Shown one piece after another: positions 8,481 to 15,404 of a stretch of 20,000 nucleotides of DNA. The first letter of the stretch is position 1. The number at the start of each line of letters is the position of its first letter. The translations under genes were made by a program, and so were the position numbers. Origin of the DNA: an uncultured virus (IMG/VR IMGVR_UViG_3300005458_000016) (lineage: Duplodnaviria > Heunggongvirae > Uroviricota > Caudoviricetes); IMG/VR virus record IMGVR_UViG_3300005458_000016; one strand, 5' to 3'. The notes under the pieces are model-generated. The model saw only the letters and a program-made list of their open reading frames with translations. It had not been told where the DNA came from and did not search any database.

Positions 8481-8563
8481 TCTCGATTCGCTGCCAGCTG
8501 GGGGAGCATGCCCCTAAATGCAAGTCGAAGACCTGTGAATGCTCATGCCACAAGAGGACGTGA
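8477..8563 (+). CDS. 28-aa Cys/His-rich mini-protein (not in the ORF track)
   Basis: MISIRCQLGEHAPKCKSKTCECSCHKRT*. Its ATG overlaps the epimerase stop (ATGA) and its TGA overlaps an in-frame GTG of the next gene (GTGA). Confidence 0.6.
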   Translation: MISIRCQLGEHAPKCKSKTCECSCHKRT

Positions 8564-9216
8564 AAGTGTCACTACCAGAAGAGACGTTTCCTCCTAGTAT
8601 TTTCACCTACGATACGCGGGAATACAGGTTTCGTGAGCTGCTCTGCGAGATTTTCAGTGTAGGCAAGCTGGAAAACCTCGGGGTCGGGGATGATATTGAT
8701 GTCCTGTCCTGCAAGACGGATCAGTCCACTGAGTTTCACCGTAAATTCTATGATCATTTCAGTGAGATCAGGGCTGATTACCTGAAGCTCATAGAGAATA
8801 TCATCGCCCCGCGCATTGATGAGCCTTTCTGTTACCAGAATGTCCCCACGTTCCGGGTTCACCTCCCGGGGAATGTCGCGGTCGGGGAGTTTCACACGGA
8901 CGAGGATTACAACCACTCCCCCGGGGAGATCAATTACTGGGTTCCGTTCACTCAGGCTTTCGAAAGCAACTCGGTGTACATCGAATCCTCCTGGGGGAGC
9001 CAGGAATTCATCCCTATCCGGGCAGACTACGGGGATATCGTCACGTTCGATGCGGTCCAGTGGGAACACGGGAACAAGCTGAACACTACCGGTCAGACCC
9101 GGGTCAGCTTTGACTTCCGGTGCATCCCGGAAAGTCTTTACCGCCCCAAAGGGCTGAAAACTGTCCACGCAGGGAAATCGCTAGAGGTTGGCGATTACTT
9201 TGAGTGGTGGAATTAG
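8560..9216 (+). CDS. StrG-like 2-oxoglutarate/Fe(II) dioxygenase-fold protein
   Basis: Q.VPTFRVHLP, HxD (FHTDEDYNH), EINYWVPFT, distal His (HGN), TRVSFDFR. Start is probably GTG 8560 or 8566 rather than 8539. Confidence 0.75.
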   Translation: MKVSLPEETFPPSIFTYDTREYRFRELLCEIFSVGKLENLGVGDDIDVLSCKTDQSTEFHRKFYDHFSEIRADYLKLIENIIAPRIDEPFCYQNVPTFRVHLPGNVAVGEFHTDEDYNHSPGEINYWVPFTQAFESNSVYIESSWGSQEFIPIRADYGDIVTFDAVQWEHGNKLNTTGQTRVSFDFRCIPESLYRPKGLKTVHAGKSLEVGDYFEWWN

Positions 9217-9219
9217 GAG

Positions 9220-9936
9220 ATGATCGTGTCAGATCTGACCTTGCTTGTCATGGTTACCACCCGGGGTCGCCGGAAGCAGGTTGAGCGCCTGCTGGATTCT
9301 TACAGGGAGAACACGGACGCTGCGGATGTCGTGTTCATCATGGACCCTGATGATGAGGATACGTACAACGGGATTGACTGGGGAAGCGCTCTTACCAGCA
9401 CCCTGTCCCCGAGAGGGACGAACGTCGAGAAGCTGAACAGGACTGCGCAGGCATTCTGGGATGATTACGACGCGCTGATGTTCGTAGGAAATGACCATGT
9501 ATTCCGCACCCCGCACTGGGATACGATCATGCTCCGCAAGCTGGAAAGCATGGGCGGAACAGGGATGCTTTACCCGGACGATAAGCGCAGGAATGACATC
9601 CCTGAGATCATCATGATTTCCAGCGATATCGTAAAGGTGATGGGGCAGTTCGCGGAAGCAAGCTTCAGTCATTACTACATCGATAACGCCTGGGCTGAGA
9701 CAGGCAAGCGCTCAGGATTGCTCCGGTATGTCCCCGAGGTTGTCATTGAGCATCATCATTATTCCGTTGACCCGGAAACTGAATACGACGAATTGTATCA
9801 TTACGCGGAGGACTGGTTCGGGAAATCTGACTTGCAGGCTTTCCATCAGTGGCGGGCTGCCGTTATGCCGCACCAGATTTCCCTGCTGAGAAGGAAATTC
9901 AACAAAGATGTGTCCTGGGTGCTTAAAAGGTTTTAG
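9220..9936 (+). CDS. GT-A fold (GT2-like) glycosyltransferase
   Basis: LLVMVTTRGR, VFIMDPDD, MFVGNDHVFRTPHWD, HYYIDNAW, EVVIEHHHY; aggag RBS. Confidence 0.75.
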   Translation: MIVSDLTLLVMVTTRGRRKQVERLLDSYRENTDAADVVFIMDPDDEDTYNGIDWGSALTSTLSPRGTNVEKLNRTAQAFWDDYDALMFVGNDHVFRTPHWDTIMLRKLESMGGTGMLYPDDKRRNDIPEIIMISSDIVKVMGQFAEASFSHYYIDNAWAETGKRSGLLRYVPEVVIEHHHYSVDPETEYDELYHYAEDWFGKSDLQAFHQWRAAVMPHQISLLRRKFNKDVSWVLKRF

Positions 9937-9943
9937 GAGCTGT

Positions 9944-10219
9944 ATGGCGATAATCATGGGGCAGGCTGCTGTTGCCGGTACGGCACCTCTTTTCACCATC
10001 CCTCCGGGCGCATGCAGTGTCACATTTTATTCCACGGCAGCCACCGGACAGCTGTATCTCGGGACAAGCTCAAGGCTTACCGCAAGTAACGGATACGGGG
10101 TAGCGACCAGCCCGACAATGTTCGAGACTTTCCCGAGTTCCCAGGGTGCGACCGTATTCGGGCTGAACACTGCCTCTACTACGATCCCGGTTAATTACAT
10201 CATTTCCACTGAAGGGTAA
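9944..10219 (+). CDS. Small Thr/Ser-rich virion protein, paralog 3
   Basis: ATG 9944 with aggag at 9935-9939. LYLGTSSRLTASNGYGV aligns by eye with VYVGQANVTTTSGLPI of the ORF at 2374. Confidence 0.55.
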   Translation: MAIIMGQAAVAGTAPLFTIPPGACSVTFYSTAATGQLYLGTSSRLTASNGYGVATSPTMFETFPSSQGATVFGLNTASTTIPVNYIISTEG

Positions 10220-10226
10220 AAACTCG

Positions 10227-10553
10227 GTGACGAGGGTTAATCTTCCCCCTGGCTGCATGGGTTTCAAGGCGCAGGACGGGACAAGGTACGTGGCAAAACC
10301 AGGAACTTTCGTAGATGTGGCGGATCATCACCTCGCGGCATTGAAGAACAACAATTACGCACAAGGCGGGCTCGTGGACGCCGGTCCGGAGAAGCTGTAC
10401 ATCAAAGGCGGTCCGCAGGGCAGGTGGTGCCCGAGCTGCCCCAGTAACACGATCCATCATTCCTGGACGAGGACTTGCCCTAAATGCGGGGCGGATACTG
10501 TTCCCGAATCTGAAATGGAAAAAAATAAACTAGAAGGACATTACGTTCCTTGA
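10227..10553 (+). CDS. Hypothetical protein with a C-terminal zinc ribbon
   Basis: WCPSC...TCPKCG. Confidence 0.65.
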   Translation: MTRVNLPPGCMGFKAQDGTRYVAKPGTFVDVADHHLAALKNNNYAQGGLVDAGPEKLYIKGGPQGRWCPSCPSNTIHHSWTRTCPKCGADTVPESEMEKNKLEGHYVP

Positions 10554-10569
10554 TGAAAGGTGATTTAAC

Positions 10570-11232
10570 GTGGTTCTTTATGCCCGCAGAGACGTATGTT
10601 CCGTCTCTATTCCGGTTACGTCCGGAGGGTGCGGCGAAACGCATTCCCGACCCGTGCGTAACGGAGCCCCCAGTGAAGAATTCAAGCTTACCTGCCCCCT
10701 TTGCGAGGGGCACCTGAAAGGGGATCGCAAGCCGAAAGTCTTGCGGACAATCCCCGGGAACAAGGAAGCCGGTATTCCCTCAAGACAGGAACGCGTCCCC
10801 GACGCGGACCCGATGTGGTCGAGTACCCCTGATACTGTCCCGCTGACTCCTGATGAAATCCAGGTCAATCACGTCATCAAGGAACGCGGAGAACAGCAGC
10901 TGAAAGCCCTTGAATCCCTGATCGCACTGAAATCCGCAGGGATTGACGTTACCACCCGCCCCGATGTCCTGTTCTTCCTGCAGAAGTCCGGACTGAACGA
11001 TGCGGTGATTCACGGGAGTGTCATCTGCCCTGCTGGGCATGACAATACCGCTGGCGTCAAGTTCTGCGGTGAATGCGGAATCTCCATGAACGAGCAGAAG
11101 GAAATCACCGCGACCGTGGATGATATTCCCCTGAACAGGTTGCATATCGCGACCCTGAAAGCTAGATGCCGCGAGGCGGGTCTTTCCGATAAAGGCAAGA
11201 AAGACGAGCTTATCGCAAGGCTTACTACATAG
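10570..11232 (+). CDS. Multi-zinc-finger protein with a C-terminal SAP-like DNA-binding domain
   Basis: C..GGCGETH..CPLC; CPAGH...FCGECG; LNRLHIATLKARCREAGLSDKGKKDELIARL matches the SAP consensus. Confidence 0.75.
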   Translation: MVLYARRDVCSVSIPVTSGGCGETHSRPVRNGAPSEEFKLTCPLCEGHLKGDRKPKVLRTIPGNKEAGIPSRQERVPDADPMWSSTPDTVPLTPDEIQVNHVIKERGEQQLKALESLIALKSAGIDVTTRPDVLFFLQKSGLNDAVIHGSVICPAGHDNTAGVKFCGECGISMNEQKEITATVDDIPLNRLHIATLKARCREAGLSDKGKKDELIARLTT

Positions 11233-11240
11233 GAGTCCTA

Positions 11241-11531
11241 TTGAGCAGAGCACCCGGGTTGTGCATCAAATGCGGCGGTCCCCGTCGCGGACGCTCAGCC
11301 CGGAGTGCTGCTCCTATCGCGCAATGCGAGTCATGTCGCGGCGATATCTGCCTGAAGCACGCGAGATGGCAGGGGGATTATTATCTCTGCTACAAGTGCG
11401 AGAGACTAGGCAAGAAAAGCGACGTACGGATCGAACTGCCAGAGGAGAACCATGGCGCAGATAGTGGACTCCGTGATGGGTCACCTGATCACAGGGAAAA
11501 CCCGGGAGAGACTGATCGAGAAGTGGCTTAA
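11241..11531 (+). CDS. Cys-rich zinc-finger protein
   Basis: TTG start with an aggag RBS; CIKC, CESC...CLKH, CYKC. Confidence 0.65.
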   Translation: MSRAPGLCIKCGGPRRGRSARSAAPIAQCESCRGDICLKHARWQGDYYLCYKCERLGKKSDVRIELPEENHGADSGLRDGSPDHRENPGETDREVA

Positions 11532-11574
11532 AGAAGAACAAGAAGACGAGAACACTTCCGAAGACAGCAGCTAA
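11452..11574 (+). CDS. Possible 40-aa protein with an acidic tail (not in the ORF track)
   Basis: gaggag RBS at 11442-11447; MAQIVDSVMGHLITGKTRERLIEKWLKEEQEDENTSEDSS*. Overlaps the upstream ORF by 80 nt. Confidence 0.4.
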   Translation: MAQIVDSVMGHLITGKTRERLIEKWLKEEQEDENTSEDSS

Positions 11575-11614
11575 ACGCTATCCTTAAACAACAGGACTAT
11601 CAGGGGAGGGTGTT

Positions 11615-12604
11615 TTGATGGCATCACCCATCTCCAGGGGGCTTGCTCCTTATATTTCCGCTGTGACACTCCAGCAGGCACCCACAGGGATTGACTGGAC
11701 CTCGATAACTCCCTGGGATGACGCCACCCCTGCCCAGACGCAGGCTGAAATCTGGAATATGTGCGCGAGGGCAACCTCGAAAGTGGACAATTACTGCAAC
11801 CAGGTTCTCCGTGCCACCATGGATGTCGAGCTGCTGCACGGACCTGACTTCCGCATCACCTCCGGTCCCGGAGCTGGAGGACAGTCCGCAAGTCCCTACT
11901 GGGGGCTTTCCGGGTTCAACTCCCGCATCATCCTCTCCCGGTGGCCTGTACTGGAAGTGCTGAACGTCGAAACCTGCCCCAACAACTTGTGGCCTCGACA
12001 GTGGACCTCCCTCCCCACAGGACTCTACGAGCCTGAGCAGCCTCCCATCGGACTGTACGGGAGTACATCACCCGGGGGCACCGCTCAGGGTTCTCAGGCA
12101 ATCCTGGTAGCTCCTGGCTATATTAACTGGCAGTACGGGCGTAACGGATGGGCTGTCAAAACCACCTATATTAACGGGTGGCCTCACGCAGAGATCGATG
12201 AATTCATAGACGCAGGTTCCACGACGCTCCCCGTAGATGACTGCACCGGATGGGCGATCACCAACTATTTCGGGACATACACCGGAGCTACCGGGATCAT
12301 CAAAGACGCGGGACAGCAGGAAGCCGTCCGGGTAACCGCCGCCTCCGCAAGTACAGGTCCGGGCATCCTGACTCTTGCCGAACCGCTCGCATATCCGCAT
12401 CAGGCGGGGATTATCGTCAGCACCCTCCCTGCCGCGATCGAGGAAGCCTGCATCCTGTTCGCGACAGCTGAAGCTCTTACCCGTGGTGCCACCTCAACGA
12501 CGATTCATGACATCGGGGGACATTCACAGGGAACTGGCGGGGATATCGTGGGATTGAATACTGAGGCTGAGCTTCTCTGCTCACCATACCGGAGGACTGT
12601 CTAA
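11615..12604 (+). CDS. Head-tail adaptor/connector (HK97 gp6/SPP1 gp15-like), enlarged by insertions
   Basis: ARATSKVDNYCNQ, Y.NGW...LPAAIEEACIL, C-terminal AELLCSPYRR; position between head and tail genes; ggagg RBS (start TTG 11615 or ATG 11618). Confidence 0.7.
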   Translation: MMASPISRGLAPYISAVTLQQAPTGIDWTSITPWDDATPAQTQAEIWNMCARATSKVDNYCNQVLRATMDVELLHGPDFRITSGPGAGGQSASPYWGLSGFNSRIILSRWPVLEVLNVETCPNNLWPRQWTSLPTGLYEPEQPPIGLYGSTSPGGTAQGSQAILVAPGYINWQYGRNGWAVKTTYINGWPHAEIDEFIDAGSTTLPVDDCTGWAITNYFGTYTGATGIIKDAGQQEAVRVTAASASTGPGILTLAEPLAYPHQAGIIVSTLPAAIEEACILFATAEALTRGATSTTIHDIGGHSQGTGGDIVGLNTEAELLCSPYRRTV

Positions 12605-12774
12605 TGATGCAGACACGCAGATCACAGGCGGTACGCTGCCGCAGGCGCGCTCATACCCGGGCACGCAGGCAGGGTGTTGTCTCGCAGGTGTATTTCTCCT
12701 CTACCCAGGGTGCGAACGGGAATGGCAGGGCGCAGGCTCCGCAGCGTGCGCAGAAAGCGCGTCGCGCTAGCTAG
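12604..12774 (+). CDS. 56-aa Arg-rich basic protein (not in the ORF track)
   Basis: TAATG overlap with the adaptor stop; MMQTRRSQAVRCRRRAHTRARRQGVVSQVYFSSTQGANGNGRAQAPQRAQKARRAS*; 13 Arg, 1 Lys, no Asp/Glu; fills an otherwise empty gap. Confidence 0.5.
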   Translation: MMQTRRSQAVRCRRRAHTRARRQGVVSQVYFSSTQGANGNGRAQAPQRAQKARRAS

Positions 12775-12786
12775 TTTTCTTATTCG

Positions 12787-12795
12787 TGCTAATAT
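12787..12795 (+). promoter_or_regulatory. Possible extended -10 element upstream of the tail genes
   Basis: TGcTAATAT (TGnTAnnnT) inside an AT-rich patch at 12775-12800. Confidence 0.25.
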
Positions 12796-12814
12796 AAAGG
12801 GATACAGGTGAACC

Positions 12815-13330
12815 ATGTCAATTGTCGCGGTTCAGTCTTTCCTTGTGTCCCTCCTTGACGGTCTCCCTATGCCGTACGGGATCCCTGACGCGCAGGCTTT
12901 CATTACCCCTCCTGACCCGAGGATCCAGACATCAATCCCTGCCATTTACATATGGCCTTCGGACGGGGACGAGAATCGTTCAAGTGAGCTGGGGGGGACG
13001 ATCCCCCGGAATACAGGGGTGGGAACCTCCTCGGGCACGAAGGGAATCCTGCACCGCACTGATATTTACATGACATGGACCTCCGGGGGCTCGGGTACGC
13101 AGCAGGACCCGATTTTCCCGGGAATGGTGGACGCGGTAATGTTCGCGCTGAGGTTTTCCCTCCCGAATCCCGCGTACATCACTGACCCGAACACGAACCT
13201 GACTTCCACGATCTACAATACCGGAGAGCAGATGACATACCGGACCGGTATCGAATCTCTCGCTGACCAGCGGCGTAAAAGATATGACGCTCTGGTTAAT
13301 GTTTCTATCTGGGAACTGTTTAACGCATAG
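12815..13330 (+). CDS. Probable tail terminator/tail completion protein
   Basis: 171 aa immediately before the tail tube gene; PAIYIWP, helix VDAVMFALR, C-terminal strand YDALVNVSIWE. Confidence 0.6.
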   Translation: MSIVAVQSFLVSLLDGLPMPYGIPDAQAFITPPDPRIQTSIPAIYIWPSDGDENRSSELGGTIPRNTGVGTSSGTKGILHRTDIYMTWTSGGSGTQQDPIFPGMVDAVMFALRFSLPNPAYITDPNTNLTSTIYNTGEQMTYRTGIESLADQRRKRYDALVNVSIWELFNA

Positions 13331-13358
13331 AGCCCACTAACAGGGCAGAAGGAGTTGT

Positions 13359-14711
13359 GTGGCTCTTGGCACACCGAACGTGTACCCTGGCGTCCTGTCC
13401 TGGCTGGGGATTGCCCGTGAACTGACAGCGGGCACCCCGGTAAACCCGGTTATCACGCACCCGCTGGATCAGAATTCATTCGAGCCAGAAGACACCCCGC
13501 ATTTCCTTGATGATAAAGCCATCAGGGGAAGCATGACGGACTTGTTTTACAAGACTATCGGGGTTAACCAGGGTACGTTCTCTTTCGGGGGACCTAACTT
13601 CCTGGATTCCCACGGATATTTCTTTGACAACGTTTTCGGGGACCTTTCCACCACCTGCAACTCGGTGTCCAACCCGACGACGGTTTCCAGCTCGCTGGCG
13701 GTAGGGGCGACAGTCGCCACTGTGAGCGCTGTTCCCTCGCAGTTCACCGTGGGTGCTGCTATCCAGCTGGGAACTGCGCTCACCACTAACACACCCGCTT
13801 CGTATCTTAACGAAGTGGTGATCATCAGCAACACTGCCGCATCCACTATCGGGTTCGCGAACACCCCGCTGCGTTTCGCTCACAACTCGGGTCTTGCGGC
13901 AGGAAACACCGTGTTCAGTTTCTGTGCCGGTACCACATTCACCCACCGTTTCGCGGCACTGAACACTCCCCTGGGATACGGGGGAGCGTACGGCGCACAG
14001 CCTCCGACTCACACATTCACGGATGTAACCAACATAGTCAACGTATTCACGAGCGCTACTTACGGGACTGCCCCGACGAACACTTTCGGGGCTCGGCAGT
14101 ACCCCTCCGGGGTACTTAAGTCGCTGGACTTCTCCGGGAACGCGGAGCAGCTGCTGAACATCAAGATGATGGGTGATTCGTGGATTTCCACTGTCGCGAC
14201 TAACGCGGTAACTAATACCACGACAAACTCCCGCCCTATCCCCAACTGGAACTCCACGGTTGTCGTCGCGGGTAACACTGTAAGCAGCACGGGAGCTTAC
14301 TCAGGTATCGGGGAGTTTGATGTCAGCTTCAAGCGTGCAACCCAGGTGTACTGGATTGTCGCGGGAACGCAGCAGCCGTTCATTATCGGTCGCGGACCGC
14401 TGACAATGGACGGGAGTATCCAGTGGGATCCCACGAACTCTGAGGCTCCGCTGGACCTGATGCTGCTCAACGCGCAGGCTCCGATGAGCATCTCGGTGAC
14501 CAACGCGGGCATCCCCAACGCGGGAACGCCTTTCACCCTCACGTTCAACGCGAACCAGGTGGCAAACGTTAAGTCGAAGATCATGCGGAATAAGCTGCTC
14601 ATCGGATACGGAAACAGTTTCGAAGGTGTCGCCAACTCGACGGACATCGGGGGCTCGGGAGGACTCGGACCGGGGACGGTCACCCTGATTAACAGCACTC
14701 CCACGTACTAG
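13359..14711 (+). CDS. Major tail tube protein with a Thr/Ser-rich inserted beta module
   Basis: aaggag RBS, GTG start; WLGIARELTAGTPV N-terminus, DDKAIRGSM; followed by a terminator and the chaperone gene. Confidence 0.8.
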   Translation: MALGTPNVYPGVLSWLGIARELTAGTPVNPVITHPLDQNSFEPEDTPHFLDDKAIRGSMTDLFYKTIGVNQGTFSFGGPNFLDSHGYFFDNVFGDLSTTCNSVSNPTTVSSSLAVGATVATVSAVPSQFTVGAAIQLGTALTTNTPASYLNEVVIISNTAASTIGFANTPLRFAHNSGLAAGNTVFSFCAGTTFTHRFAALNTPLGYGGAYGAQPPTHTFTDVTNIVNVFTSATYGTAPTNTFGARQYPSGVLKSLDFSGNAEQLLNIKMMGDSWISTVATNAVTNTTTNSRPIPNWNSTVVVAGNTVSSTGAYSGIGEFDVSFKRATQVYWIVAGTQQPFIIGRGPLTMDGSIQWDPTNSEAPLDLMLLNAQAPMSISVTNAGIPNAGTPFTLTFNANQVANVKSKIMRNKLLIGYGNSFEGVANSTDIGGSGGLGPGTVTLINSTPTY

Positions 14712-14725
14712 CAGTTTTTTCACAG

Positions 14726-14769
14726 AAGGGCAGCAGCAGGATTTCTTTCTTGCTGCTGCCCTTTTTCTT
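14726..14769 (+). terminator. Intrinsic terminator after the tail tube gene
   Basis: aagggcagcagca(14726-14738)/tgctgctgccctt(14751-14763), followed by tttctt. Confidence 0.8.
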
Positions 14770-14794
14770 GTAACAACCAATCAAGGAGACGCGA

Positions 14795-15160
14795 ATGCCT
14801 CGTATCGAGCTTCCTAGCGGAGCGTGGGTAGAATACAGGGACCAGCTGAAAGTTATCGACCGGTTCGCAGTACAGGAAGTAGCGAAAGTTGACATCCGCG
14901 AGGAAGGAAACTCGACTAGTTTCCTCGCGATGCAGAATGACATGCGGAACGCCCTGCTCGGGAGGATCATCACCAGCTGGTCCTATCCGGTCCCGGTGCC
15001 AGCCCAGAATCATTTCGCGGCTGCTGACGTGATCATCGGGGATCAGATGGACCTGGACGATTACGCAGCCCTGGAAGAAGCTGTGCAGCCTCTCATGGAT
15101 AAGATCGCCGGTCGCGGTGCCGTAGGTGCGGCAGACCCAAAAAAGCCGTCCAGCGACTAA
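14795..15160 (+). CDS. Tail assembly chaperone (gpG-like)
   Basis: Acidic 121-aa protein after the tail tube gene; IITSWS; ends ADPKK at a slippery site. Confidence 0.85.
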   Translation: MPRIELPSGAWVEYRDQLKVIDRFAVQEVAKVDIREEGNSTSFLAMQNDMRNALLGRIITSWSYPVPVPAQNHFAAADVIIGDQMDLDDYAALEEAVQPLMDKIAGRGAVGAADPKKPSSD

Positions 15161-15384
15161 CGCAGATTTTCATATTCTCCGCGAACGGGCATGATCAGAA
15201 GTTCGCCCCGGAAAGCCCGGAAGGTTTTCCTGACGTTATGTGGACTTATCACTGGTTCGCGGATAATTTCCGCTGGACCCCTCAGCAGGTCGATGAACTG
15301 ACCCTGGAGCAGGCACACTGGCTTCCGCTCACCATGGAAGCGAAAGGCAGGGCGGCAGTTCAGCTTGCCCCGAAAGACGAATAA
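15136..15384 (+). CDS. -1 frameshift extension of the tail assembly chaperone (gpGT-like; fusion spans 14795..15384)
   Basis: In-phase C CCA AAA (15136-15142) and A AAA AAG (15139-15145). The -1 frame is open to TAA 15384: KAVQRLTQIF...WFADNFRWTPQQVDELTLEQAHWL...APKDE*. Confidence 0.85.
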   Translation, partial: PKKAVQRLTQIFIFSANGHDQKFAPESPEGFPDVMWTYHWFADNFRWTPQQVDELTLEQAHWLPLTMEAKGRAAVQLAPKDE

Positions 15385-15404
15385 CTAAAAGGAAGAAGCC
15401 GCAC

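Noticed and set aside
2954..9936. Host capsule/O-antigen locus or serotype-conversion cassette
   Set aside because: No Wzx, Wzy, ABC transporter, GtrAB or priming transferase, and no membrane proteins seen. It is flanked on both sides by virion genes and shares their GGCC avoidance.
5179..9943. ORF-track starts at 5179, 5739, 6772, 8539 and 9908
   Set aside because: Downstream starts (5218, 5784, 6799, 8560, 9944) have an RBS and/or stop-start overlap and begin at the family's usual N-terminus.
13359..14711. Contractile tail sheath (because of the 450-aa size)
   Set aside because: The size is explained by an inserted domain. No separate tube gene follows; the chaperone comes directly next, as in siphoviruses.
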